Shown: positions 49,583-61,890 of the stretch, piece by piece | Layout of the letters: every line of letters begins with the position of its first letter | Position numbering within the stretch: the stretch's first letter is position 1 | Origin: Octopus sinensis | Taxonomy: Eukaryota | Direction: 5' to 3' | DNA length: 64,000 bases | Assembly (NCBI RefSeq): GCF_006345805.1 | Contig: NC_043019.1 | Coordinates: 1,736,001-1,800,000, forward strand | Program-made: the position numbers and the translations under genes | Notes under the pieces: model-generated | Told to the model about the DNA's origin: nothing | What the model saw: the letters and a program-made list of their open reading frames with translations, nothing else | Database searches by the model: none

Positions 49583-49960
49583 TCCCAGTGTAGGTATTGT
49601 CTATGTTTATTTGCGTCTGGTTTTGTACTCAGATATTGCGGGCCAGTCACAGTGCGGTCGATGGTTTCAAATTCTTATTACACATTCTTTGTTTTGGGGT
49701 CAGAACCATTTTGGACAACGTTTGTTTGGTAGCTTGTAATGAATAGTGATTGATCTTGGGTTGCCATCATTAAACCTTAATTTCTGCGTTTAGACCCGAT
49801 CTGTGCAACCACTGACGTGTTCTTTCTTTATCTATATCAGCTTCCCTTGTTTGTATCAACATCAACTTTATGATGATGCATCGTGTATGCCGTCAATATT
49901 TTTCTGATTTTTGTGTGCATTCGTCGTAGTTCATTTATATTGCAGTTAATTATATTATAA
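49583..49960 (-). pseudogene. RLE-type non-LTR retrotransposon fragment (region around the CCHC knuckle)
   Basis: ADIDKERTRQWLHRSGLNAEI..LMMATQDQSLFITSYQTNVVQNGSDPK..ETIDRTVTG..HRQYLHW. Confidence 0.7.
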
Positions 49961-50059
49961 GTGTACTGTAGTACTGGGAAAGGAAGTGAATTCTGGGAAA
50001 TGCTTGAATCCTATTCTGAGAATTCAATTCCGTTTTCTTAATCAGCCTTACATTCCTAT

Positions 50060-50188
50060 TATAATCTTCTTCTTCTTCTTCTTCTTTTTCTTCTTTTTCT
50101 TCATCTTCTTCTTCCTCATTTTCCTCTTCTTCCCCTTCTTCAATTTCTCTTCTTGTTTTTCTGCTTTACTACTACTACCACCACCACC

Positions 50189-50228
<40 letters not shown>

Positions 50229-50236
50229 ATAATAAC

Positions 50237-50282
<46 letters not shown>

Positions 50283-50330
50283 CTATTATTTCTACTCCCA
50301 CCACTACTACTACTGCTACTGGTGTTGTTG
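50060..50330. repeat. Compound CTT/ACT/ACC/AAT microsatellite
   Basis: Direct reading. Confidence 0.9.
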
Positions 50331-50559
50331 CTGCTACCAAATGGGGTGAGAAAGACAGAAAGAAAGAAAGAAAAACAGAGAGAAGAAAAAAAGATAGAAA
50401 TAGCGAGTGAAATTGAGTTAGTTGAATATACAGTTTATTTTTTTATTTACAAAAAAGCTACTCGGCAAGGTTCTTAAGCAAGTACTTACTACTTTTACAG
50501 AAAGCAATCGTGTCACGGCACGCATCCGTACAATAATATGCTTTAAGGTCAATTATTAT

Positions 50560-50992
<433 letters not shown>

Positions 50993-51706
50993 AGATAAAC
51001 TTTAAATAATGCGCAAACACATTTTGAAATTCGATATCGAACAGTGGTGTGGAGTAATGAATTATATTTTTTTAGACATAGAAATTCTTACATTTATAAG
51101 TTTTTTGGGTTTCTATTTTCTTTTGTTTTTTTTTTGTTTGTTTTTTTTAAGAAAAATATACAGTTAATTTTAAACCCGTGTTTTTCTTGCCAAGCACGCG
51201 CAATCTTTTCCTGCATGCTCACATTTAGCAACAATATACTTCGGGGAAAACATGCCCGTATGTAATCCGATCACAAGCCTTACTAAGAAATACATCTCAA
51301 ATGACCTAGCTGCCGAAAGCAAACGTAGATTGAAGGGCAATGTTTGTTTTGGTCTTTTTCACACTGTGAGTGGGCACACTAGCAACTATTTCTATGCATA
51401 ATGCCTGATTTAAATTCAACAACGATATTTTTATATTCCTATAGTTGTGGCGTTGGTTATTTGAATTTTCATAGTTCTGCTTCGGTTTTGTTTCTTGTGA
51501 TTTCTAATAGGACTTCTTTTCCCAGAAAAAATATTTTTCTCTTATTTTGTTGAATAAAAGAACGATCGTATTTTCATCATAAAAAGCGACGACAAAACCA
51601 GATGCACATTTAGAGATACAAAAAAAAACAGTTACATAGATATACATGTACACAAAACTTCACACGCAATAATACAACATACATACTTAAGCTCACAAAT
51701 ATTATA

Positions 51707-51873
51707 GCCGTAGGAGTAGCTGTGTGTTAAGTAGCTTGCTTAACAACCACATGGTTCCGGGCTCAATCTCACTGCGTGGCACCTTGGGCGAGTTTCTTCT
51801 ACTATAGCCTCGAGCCGACCAAAAACTTGTGAGTGGATTTTGTAGACGGAAACGGAAAGAAGACCGTCGTATA

Positions 51874-51938
<65 letters not shown>

Positions 51939-52200
51939 ATGTGTATGTATGTTTGTATATGTATGTATGTGTATATGTTTGTGTGCCCGCGTTTTTTCCC
52001 CCTGCATAGCTTGACAACCAATGCTGGTGTGTTTACGTCTCCGTAACTTAGCGGTTCTGCAAATGGAACCGATAGAATAAGTACTAGGTTTTTAAAAAAG
52101 AAGTCCTTCGTTCGAGTTGTTAGACTAAACACCCTTCAAGACGATGCTCCAGCTTGGCCGCAGCCATAAGTCTGAAGTAAGTACAAGCATAAAAGAAAAG
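51707..52200 (+). mobile_element. Family C SINE
   Basis: Homolog of 18511-18928. Confidence 0.85.
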
Positions 52201-52354
52201 AAATTATTTTAGTTCTGTTAAAGATCTCTAAATACACGGTCGTAGAGAGTTATTTATAGCACCTTATCAATATTGTTTCCAGATTCTTCCAAGAAAACAA
52301 CTGATGAAAAATGTCTCCACAAACTGAATAATCTACTCTTACGCTCTCCTCTCT

Positions 52355-52399
<45 letters not shown>

Positions 52400-52410
<11 letters not shown>

Positions 52411-52797
52411 TCCTTTACTCTTTTAATTGTTTCAGTCTTCTGACTGTGGTCATGCTGGAGCACCGTCTTTAGTCGAGCAAATCGACCCCAGGACTTATTC
52501 TTTGGAAGCCTAGCACTTATTCTATCAGTCTATTTTGCCGAACCGCTAAGTTACGGAGACGTAAACACACCAGCATTGGTTGTCAAGCGATGTTGGGGAG
52601 ACAAACACAGACAGTCAAACATATACGCACAAACATACATATATACGACGGGCTTCTATCAGTTTCCGTCTATCAAATCCACTCGCAAGCTTTGGTCGGC
52701 CCGAGGCTACAGTAGAAGACACTTACCCAAGGTGCCACGCAGTAGGACTGAACCCGGAAACGTGTGGTTGGTAAGCAAGCTACTTACGACACAGCCA
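52400..52797 (-). mobile_element. Family C SINE
   Basis: Homolog; tail-to-tail with the 51707 copy across a (CT)n tract. Confidence 0.85.
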
Positions 52798-52829
52798 TTC
52801 AATTTATACATAACATTAAAATATCTTTT

Positions 52830-53058
52830 ATTCTTTACTTACGACAGTCATTTTGACTGCGCCCATGCTGGGGCACTACCTGAAAGGATTTTAATCGAAA
52901 AAATCGACCCCATGACTTCTTTTTTAAAGCTTGCTACTTCTTCTATCAGTCGCTTATGCCGAACCGTTAACTTACGAAGACGTAAACACACCAACACCGA
53001 TTCTCGAATACTGGTCGGGGACAAAAACGAACAGACATACACACACACACACACACCA

Positions 53059-53154
<96 letters not shown>

Positions 53155-53336
53155 TATATATATACACACACATATACTACGGGCCTGTTTCAGTTTCCGT
53201 CTACCAAATCTACTGATAAGGCTTTGTTCGGTCCGTCGCTATTAGAAGACAGTCGCCCAATATGCCACACAGTGGGACTAAACCCGAGACCATGCGGTTT
53301 AGAAGCCAGCTTCTTACCACACAGCCACGCCTGTGC
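52830..53336 (-). mobile_element. Family C SINE (diverged, expanded internal TA tract)
   Basis: Head GGCACAGGCGTGGCTGTGTGGTAAGAAG. Confidence 0.8.
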
Positions 53337-53739
53337 CGGCCTGACTGCAAACAATAAGCAATTTACAAAGACATAGATCTATGTAATCACACTTTGAGCA
53401 ACGTATGCATAACATTTAATGATATCACCACAAACTGAACATTATGTACAGAAGCTGAATAACGTCTTCACTAAGTGAGAAATCTGTACAGAAACTAACC
53501 AGCATGTGTTGAAGCCGAACAATGTCTATACAAACTTACCAATGTTTATAGAAAGTGGACACTTTTCTTATATCTGCTTCACGTATTCTTTGGTCATTTT
53601 AAGGTTATATAATCTACATCTTATGTACACAAAGTGTCTCCTTTCCTCCTTTCTTCTTTCCTACTCCTATCAAAACATCAACATTTGCGAATTGTACTTT
53701 CTAAACTATTATATTCGTTGTTTTGTTCTCCTCTCCACT

Positions 53740-53890
53740 AGGCTTGGCTGTGTGGTAAGGTACTTGCTCCTAAACCACGTGGTTCTGGTTTCAGTCCCGC
53801 AGCGCGGTAAGTGTCTTCTATATCGTCGGGCTGACCAAAGCCTTATGACTGAATTTGGTAGACAAAAACCGAAAGGAACCTTTCGGATAT
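53740..53890 (+). mobile_element. Family C SINE 5' half (diverged)
   Basis: GGCTGTGTGGTAAG..TTCAGTCCC..CCAAAGCCTT. Confidence 0.65.
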
Positions 53891-53909
53891 ATATATATAT
53901 ATATATATA

Positions 53910-54330
53910 CGATGATCTCCTGGGGCTAAAAAGCTACAGTAGCACCCCCACTTTGTGGTTAGCCATATTGAGATGGCTATAATACTTTACATTGTCGAAA
54001 CGATTACTGTTTACATCTTGTTCTGAGATTTAATAATGCTTGCAGTCAGTTTTTCGAAATCAGTGGCAGAAATCACTAGAAAAACTCTTATATATTTGCA
54101 AACAGGCCTTGTCTTTCATCGCGATCCGGTGATTACCGCCGGTTGATAAGAGACAATAATCTCGAAACCACGGTCCGGTGCGTATCACTTATGCTTACGA
54201 GAAAGGGATGGCCTCCCTTTGCAAACTGTGTCTAAAGCCAGCTGGAGACGATGCTCTCCTGGGGCTAAAAAGCTACAGTAACACCCCACTTTGTGGTTAA
54301 CCATATTGAGATGGCTATAATACTTTACAT
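53910..54330 (+). mobile_element. Retrozyme-like non-coding element (339-bp monomer plus ~82-bp redundancy) between (TA)n tracts
   Basis: CGATG(A/C)TCTCCTGGGGCTAAAAAGCTACAG at 53910 and 54249; homolog of 24209. Confidence 0.7.
54137..54180 (+). ncRNA. Minimal type-I hammerhead, U3-A8 variant
   Basis: CGCC(G)G-UUGAUAA-GAGA-CAAUAA-UCUC-GAA-ACCACGGU-C-CGGUG; GUC site at 54173-54175. Confidence 0.65.
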
Positions 54331-54416
54331 ATATATATATATATATATTGGTAAAACGGTAAGATAACAAAAGAAAGAAAGAGACCTCAATATTATGTAA
54401 GTAGAGAAAATTTATC

Positions 54417-54607
54417 TATAAAATAATATGTTACATTACTCGATAGTCAAGATAAAACTCTGAGTTTCAGATGCCGAAGTGGGAATCCACAACGCCATCT
54501 CTTCGGTTATCTGGCTATTTGAAAACGCTAAGAGATGGCGTTGTGGATTCCCACATCGGCATCTGAAACTCAGAGTTTTATCTTGACTATCGAGTAATGT
54601 AACATAT

Positions 54608-54616
<9 letters not shown>
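54417..54616. repeat. Near-perfect inverted repeat (87-bp arms, 26-bp spacer) containing a hammerhead-like fold
   Basis: 54417-54503 versus 54530-54616, one mismatch seen. Confidence 0.92.
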
Positions 54617-54679
<63 letters not shown>

Positions 54680-54684
<5 letters not shown>

Positions 54685-54830
54685 ACGAAAAAAAACAAAA
54701 GGTGGTGTAGAAAACAAACAGATGTATTACGTTTCGAGCCTACGCTCTTCTATAGAAAGGGACACAGAAAAAACAATGAGAGAAAAAAAAAGAGACAGAA
54801 AAATGTTTGTAGTGACTAACGATCTATCAT
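54680..54830 (-). mobile_element. PLE pLTR fragment (13700/16980 family)
   Basis: ACGTTTCGAGCCTACGCTCTTC at about 54729-54750. Confidence 0.7.
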
Positions 54831-54834
54831 GGTG

Positions 54835-55060
54835 ACATATATATGTATGTATCTGTCTGTGTTTGTCCTGCTGCCACTGCTTCATAACCGATGTTGGTGT
54901 GTTTACGACCTCACAACTTAGGGGTTCAGAAAAAAAGAACGATAGAATAAGTACCAGGCTTAAACAATAAGACCTGTGGTCGATTTTATTCAACCAAAAC
55001 TTTAAGGCGGTGCTCCAGGATGACCGCAAACAAATGACTGTAATAAGTAAAAGATAAAAG
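54835..55060 (+). mobile_element. Family C SINE 3' half
   Basis: CCGATGTTGGTGTGTTTACG..GATAGAATAAGTACC..GGCGGTGCTCCAG. Confidence 0.7.
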
Positions 55061-55149
55061 ATATATATATATATATTAACACCAGGCGCATTGGAAATAT
55101 ATTCACTGATGCCTAAACGCAGCCGACCCACGAACTAACATTTTGTGTG

Positions 55150-55206
<57 letters not shown>

Positions 55207-55329
55207 CCTTGTAAAAGATGTTACTTTACTTTATTTTATTTTATAGGCATTGCAGTTGTTTTATTGCTCCATTTTGTAACGTGATTTATGTCAAATGTTT
55301 CTTGAAGATTTGTTGAAAATGTGCTTGAT

Positions 55330-55640
55330 ATTCCTTACTTTTAAACATTTAGTCGAATGAATAGTACCAAGAGACAAAATTGGAATCCTTACATGAGCTT
55401 TTTACCTTCTAGAAATAGGAGCGAAATCTTGTAAAACCCACACCCTGCATACTAATATAAAAACTGGGATACAGTAGACCATGTTGCCCCTTGTTCTTGG
55501 CTAGAACACATTTTATTTAAGTTTGGTCCCTCAGAGCCGTCATAGTGATAAACAATTAAATGAAAACTACGGTAAACAGTAAAGAATTGCCCAGTCAACA
55601 GAATACAGATATGACCACCACATTCGAAACTCTTTAGCGC
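55330..55640 (-). pseudogene. Possible degenerate Helitron PIF1-helicase C-terminus
   Basis: Weak resemblance to RQFP..F.MTI.KSQGQTL..HG.LY (observed QF..YRSF, GSEGPNLNKM, QHGLLYPSF). Confidence 0.3.
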
Positions 55641-56174
55641 AATTATGTTTCTTCACTCATTCGTTTCTTTGCCAGTCTAATCATATTCTATTTTACTTCC
55701 ACAACAATGCTAGAATAGGAGATTTTATTATTTCAAGTTCATTTCACCTCAAATATAGTATTTTCATTTGTAAAAAAAAATTATACTTGAACTATTTCTG
55801 TTTGTAAAATAATAGTAATTTTATCGACCGATTTCCTTCTGCACACTTGTATAATTCTAAGTTTCTTAAGTATAACCATTCTTGAAAAAACTTTCCACTT
55901 CATTTTAACAGAGAATGACAAATTTAACGGGAGAAATATTTCCTTAAGCAAGCGCATAAAAATTTATCGGTGCTTGAAATCTAAATTTGAGAGAAATTTC
56001 AATTCAAACGCTTACTAATTACATAATTCTCTGCGTAATTTGAGTTCGTATTCAAATTACATAAAATGTTAATGTTTGAATTTGTACCGTAGTTGAAAGC
56101 GCTTCCATAAACGGAAGAACCTGGGACAAAAAATGCATTTTAGTATTTAGGGAAGAATATCTACTTCATTCGAT

Positions 56175-56481
56175 GTTTTTGTTCCTTCTCGAGCCATGTC
56201 TGGCTCGCTCATAAGGGCCGGTTTCCCGGCTTCCTTGGCGTATAGGTTCCCCACCTGGACGGGACGCCGGTCCGTCGTAGGTGAGCTGCAAGATGCAGGA
56301 GAAAAGAATGAGAGAAAGCTGTGGCGAGAGAGTCAGCAGAAGTTTCGCCATTACCTTCTGCCGGAGCCACGTGGAGCTTAGGTGTTTCGCTCATAAACAC
56401 ACGCATCTCCCTGTCTGAGATTCGAACCCACGATCCCTTGACCGCGACTCCGCTACTCTAACCACTAGGTCATGTACCTCC
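56175..56481 (-). mobile_element. Family B SINE with alternative tail
   Basis: Homolog of the 35358 copy. 13-bp TSD TACTTCATTCGAT at 56162-56174 and 56485-56497. Confidence 0.88.
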
Positions 56482-56974
56482 ATATACTTCATTCGATTGA
56501 ATGCTACTCATGAAAACTTTGATTTGCATCTTCCCACGGTCAGTCGGCAAATTGTTATATGGATCAAGCAGTATCATTATCATTGGGGATGAAACGCTTC
56601 GCGACATTTCTTGCTGTTTTTCGTCCTTTAAAATAAGTAGTAATTGAACATTTGAGCCAATGTAATTGACCGTCCCCACTTCCCCAAATATAGGTATTTT
56701 GCCTATATTAGAAACAAATATTAATATATTGGGGTATCACAATCGGAAGCACGTCGAACGAAATGCCTTGCATTTTCATGTTGGTAGCTAAAGTACGCAG
56801 TTCAAAACCCGGCAAGGTCAGCTTTCACTTTCAACTCTACGGGCCCAATGAAATAAAGTAATTATCAAGTACTGGAGTTGATGATGTCCACTCTACCGCT
56901 TCTCCTCAAAATTCGTAGTCTTGTACAAAAATTAGCAAGGATTATTTGGATGGTTGATTATCAGATTTTAAGTG

Positions 56975-57050
56975 GTGGTGGTTTTGGTGGTGGCGGTGGT
57001 GGTGGCGGCGGCGGCGGCGGCGGCGGTGGTGGTGGTGGTGGTGGTGGTGG
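56975..57050. repeat. (GGT)n/(GGC)n microsatellite
   Basis: Direct reading. Confidence 0.95.
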
Positions 57051-57269
57051 TACCACTTGGTCTTCATGGAAAGTTTAGTGGCCAAGCCCTAGATATAAGT
57101 ATGATCACTAGTTTGGAAACTGACCCCCTCCATTGAGAGTGAGCAAACAGGATTTATTTTTCATCTTAACTATTAACACTTAGGTCTTTCAGTAAATTGT
57201 AATATATTAATGAACTAAAATGTTTCTTTTGGATGTGAGATTTCATACTCGATAAGTTCCTTAACATTA

Positions 57270-57616
57270 TATCTATGTTGTATAAAAGGGTAAAGACATG
57301 CTTTGGTCATGAATAACCATGGGAATGCACCTAGAAACTTACCCCCCGAGGCACAAATTCGGGCAGGGTTATTTACCAGCAGTCGCCCATGTATACCAGC
57401 CGCGCCCCTCTCCGCGCCAGCGATGTTATCCAAGGGAAATGCAAAGGCCGATACAGCTTAGCACCAGTGACATCGCAAATCATTTCTACAGCTGAGTGAA
57501 CTGGAACAGCGTCATATAATCTGTCTTACTCAAGAAAACAACACATAACGCAGTCCAGGAATCGAACTCACTACCTCATGATTGTGAGCCCGACGCTCTA
57601 ACCACTGAGCCGTGCT
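57270..57616 (-). mobile_element. tRNA-headed SINE with a distinct (possibly RTE-related) body
   Basis: Head GCACGGCTCAGTGGTTAGAGCGTCGGGCTCACAATCATGAGGTAGTGAGTTCGATTCCC. Confidence 0.75.
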
Positions 57617-57814
57617 TATGACAAGTCATTATTTCTATATATTTCCAATTGCAGTTCTTCAAATAGATATTTCAGTACCAGTTAAAACATTTTATTATAG
57701 TGTGAATGACAGTTCGATTCGAACCTATCATTTGGACTTCTGGTACCTTTTATGGAGTCTAGTCTGTTGCAAGTATTGTAGTTAGCCCTCTGGTCAAACG
57801 GTAGATACATCTCT

Positions 57815-58616
57815 GGATCTTTTCGGTTTGAACGGCTGTTTTTAACATAATTTCTAGGTAACTAAAAAATTTTAAACTTCGTATACTGATAGAATGTGTT
57901 TATAAAACATCTTTTTCTCTTGGCTTTATTGAGAAAATTCTATAGTTTGTAAGATATTTGTTTTATACTTCAATTTCTGCAATTTCAACCAATCATTGCC
58001 GTCTATTGAGGTAAAAAACATTCTGTGTCGTATGAATATGTCCCTCGTTTAAGAAACAGATTGGGTATATTTACATTTGTGTGGTAAGTAGCTTGCTTAC
58101 CAACTACATGGTTCCGGGTTCAGTCCCACTACGTGGCATCTTGGGCAAGTGTCCTCTGCTATAGCCACGGGCCGACCAATGCCTTGTGAGTGAATTTGGT
58201 AGACGGAAACTGAAAGAAGCCTGTCGTATATACGTATATATATATATGTATGTGTGTGTATGTTTGTGTGTCTGTGTTTGTCACCCTAGCATTGCTTGAC
58301 AACCGATGCTGGTGTGTTTACGTCCCCGTCACTTAGCGGTTCCGCAAAAGAGACCGATAGAATAAGTACTGGGCTTACAAAGAATAAGTCCCGGGGTCGA
58401 TTTGCTCGACTAAAGGTGGTGCTCCAGCATGGCCGCAGTCAAATGACTGAAACAAGTAAAAGAGTAAAGAGTAAAAAAAGATACCCTTCCCTCCATCCAT
58501 AACCCTAACCCTAAAACAGATTGAAATGCAATAGAACGATACTAAGGTCATAATTATGGGTGACAATATCATACGACACCGCTAGAAAAAAACTGCCGTT
58601 CAAACCGAAATGATCC
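57815..58616 (+). mobile_element. Merlin-like MITE, copy 3, with a nested SINE
   Basis: Same TIRs. TSD ACATCTCT/CCATCTCT (7 of 8 match) at 57807-57814 and 58617-58624. Confidence 0.85.
58079..58473 (+). mobile_element. Family C SINE nested in MITE copy 3
   Basis: Interrupts the MITE between TTTGTG and AAAAAAAGATACCC, which are nearly adjacent in copy 1. Confidence 0.9.
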
Positions 58617-59487
58617 CCATCTCTTCTTCATGTCCTGAAAATAATGATGAGTGTTGTCGCTCCTCTTCTGACACAGACATAAATATAAACTAAATACTAC
58701 GTCATTTGTGGCACACGAGATTCTCTGTATTTTCTGCTCATCTTTACATCTCAATCTTTGGAATCTGAATCGATATAAAACAGAATAGCGTGGATTTCAA
58801 TAATAAATTCATAAATATTCAACTAGTACACAGTTCATTAACAATTGCTGTAATATTAATATATCAATAAAGACAGGCGGTCAGACATATTCAGACATTT
58901 AGAGGTATTCGATACATCCTGTGAAATTGAAATGTGGATATAATTTCGCATATTATGCAATTAATTGTGGACAGAGATCAATGTTACATAAAAATCCAGA
59001 TGGAAACAGTGACAATATTTATATAACATTTCCTTATATGCCTTTGTATAATGTTGCTTTATATCGTTTATATTTACCGCTAAATGCATAATATACGTAA
59101 TGATATCGACTATCCACAGGATACTTCGACTCAACTGTAAAGATACCATTATATCACATAATATAATACTGTAATTTATGTAAATAAATTCCACGTACCT
59201 ATAGTTGTTCGTCTATATAGTTTATTGATATTTCTTCGAACTTTTCCTTCTAGCCAAATTACCTATTTTCGGAGTAAAATTCTGATTACTAAGTTGAATT
59301 TTAAGAATTAGAAATGTCAGAGGATTAACTTGGTGTCTATCAATTCATGCGTAATCATCCCAATATATAAATATGCAAATTTAAACCAGTATAGGTACTA
59401 ATATGTTTTGTCAACTATTTCTGAACGAATGTTCAAAAATATTAAATTTGAATTTGCAATATATATCAAATACCATATTATATAAAA

Positions 59488-59998
59488 CTAGCAGTATCGC
59501 CAGGCGTTGCTCGGGTTTGTAAGGGAAATAACTATATAAGCATTTATAGAGAGTTACTTCCCTTATAGATGCCAATTCGGGCTTTCTGAGCCATTTCTGT
59601 TTTGGTGTCTTGAAGCCATGAAGTCGTTGTTCTAAAAGAACGCTGGTCTCCTTGACAACGCTTTACGACGTTGATTTCCTCACACTCCCTTCCCCACAGC
59701 TTCACGAGGGAGGGAAGAAGGGAGAGAAGCAAACAGGTGCAGGTGTGACCATGGACGCCAACTCCGCCGCCATCGACACGAAAAATTATGCATTAAAATG
59801 GAATAAAAAATGATGTTAAATTATTTTTAAAATCGTAGACTCATCGTAGACACGCGCTAATACTCAGACGGGCTCGATATGAATCACGACTATAAGATAT
59901 CTGAATTTGGTTAAACTGCACCGCAAAATGTGGGAGTAGTTAGGAATCTAAATCGAAGGGGACAGACACTCACACAACTACAGTTTTATATATATAGA
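59488..59998 (-). mobile_element. Non-autonomous Helitron
   Basis: Minus strand A|TCTATATATATAAAA ... CCCGAGCAACGCCTGGCGATACTGCTAG|T. Confidence 0.85.
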
Positions 59999-60874
59999 TA
60001 AGACGACAAACTGACGTAATCGTCAGTATGCCAGGCCAAAATGCTTGGCGGTATTTCGTCCGTCTTTACGTTCTAAGTTCGAATTTCGTCGTGGTCGCCC
60101 TTCCCCTTCATCCTTTTGGAGGTCAATAAAATAGGTATAAGTTAAACACTGGGGTCAACGTAATTGATTTATCATCGTCCTCGTAATTGCTTTCCTTGGG
60201 TCGAAATTTGAAAATAATATGGCGTCCCAACTGTTACTGCAAGCATATTAAAAAATACGGAATTTGAATTTGTAACGGATATTTAAAACCGTATAAATAT
60301 GCGCAAAAATTAAAGAGGGTGAACTTGTAGAAGCCTTTCGCACACAGGACGAACATATTTAGGCGGTATTTTATTCGTCTTTACGTTCTAACTTCAAATT
60401 CCACCGTGGCCGACATTGCCCTTAATCCTTTAGGGGTCAATAAAACAAGTACCAGTTGAGAAGTGGGGTCGATGTAATCGACGCAGCAGCTCTCTCGGAA
60501 CTGCTGGTCTTATGCAAAAATTTGAAAGCAATATGCATAAAAACAGTTTCTTTTTTCTAATTCACGCAGTCGTGGACTTATAAATCTGAAACATTTTAAA
60601 GGATTGTCTTTATTTTATTATTTTTTTCGTTACCATCTATATTTGCAACGCACGAATATTTGCATAATTATTCTAAATACGCCCAGACAGTCTCAAACAA
60701 AATATCTACCCCTCGAATGGCCAGCTCGTAATTCAGTGTATCACAAAGGAGTCATTTTTGGCTTACAGACAGAAACCATCATCAAAGATCAATTACCTCA
60801 GTGTTATACATATTTGTTCATGGTACCTAAACTTTCAGGTGAAATCAAGCTACAATTATGTATAACTTGAGTAG

Positions 60875-61005
60875 CTCTTTCATCCTTTCGGGGTCGATTA
60901 AATAAGTACCAGTTACGCACTGAGGTCGATATGATCGACTTAATCCATTTTTCTGTCTTTGTCTCTTCTGTGTTTAGCCCCTTGCTTGTAGTAAAGAAAT
61001 AGGTA
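60875..61005 (+). mobile_element. 5'-truncated family A SINE
   Basis: TTTCATCCTTTCGGGGTCGAT..AAAGAAATAGGTAT. Confidence 0.8.
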
Positions 61006-61101
61006 TATCTTACTCTGATCGAACTCGGGATCTAATGGTTCCTAAGAGATCTTAATCATTCTGCCACTTCTACATTTATATGCAAATTTTATTAAAACAC
61101 A

Positions 61102-61499
61102 TCTTTATATATAAAATAGAGGTTGTGTGTCTGTCTCCTACGATTTAGATTCCTAACTACTCCCACATTTTGCGGTGCAGTTTAACCAAAACCGGGTATC
61201 TTATAGTCGTGATTCATATCGAACCCTTCTGGGTATTAGCGCGCGTCTACGATGAGTCTACGATTAAAAAAAAAATTACCATCATTGTTTTCCATTTTAA
61301 TGCATTTTTTTCGCTATTATATAAGGGAAGTAGCTCTCTAAAAATGTCTACGATGAGTCAACGATTTAAAAAAAAATTTACCATCATTTTTTTTTCCATT
61401 TTTAATGCATGTTTTGCTATTTTTTGGCTATAACTCTCTAAAAATGCTTATATAGTTATTTCCCTTACAAACCCGAGCAACGCCGGGCGATACTGCTAG
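61102..61499 (+). mobile_element. Non-autonomous Helitron (same family as 59488)
   Basis: A|TC start, hairpin CCCGAGCAACGCCGGG, CTAG|T end, no TSD. Confidence 0.88.
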
Positions 61500-61848
61500 T
61501 TTGTTATATGAGACATAGAGTGTTTCAGAGTAGTGGTGTTGGATATATTCCAACACGGAGAGAGGTCATTTCGAGAACAAATTTAGCATAAAACATTTTA
61601 GTAATATGGAAATTGGAAATGAATGAAACTTTTATTCAACGACTCTCCACTCCATATGCTACAACCTGACGGAAATTATCGATAATATAATATCTGTATG
61701 TCATTGGAAATAATATTTCAGATAACAATAATTCTCCCGTTATATTTCAGTAACTAACATCTCATGCGTCTTATTTCTTACCAATAAGTCTATATATATA
61801 TATGTACGCGCGCGCGTTGTGTGTCGACATTTATGTATGTATGTGTAT

Positions 61849-61890
<42 letters not shown>

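Noticed and set aside
57750-58650. Open frame EERQHSSLFSGHEEEMYLPFDQRANYNTCNRLDSIK restored on the minus strand if MITE copy 3 is removed
   Set aside because: It is interrupted by the MITE, has weak splice signals and shows no homology.
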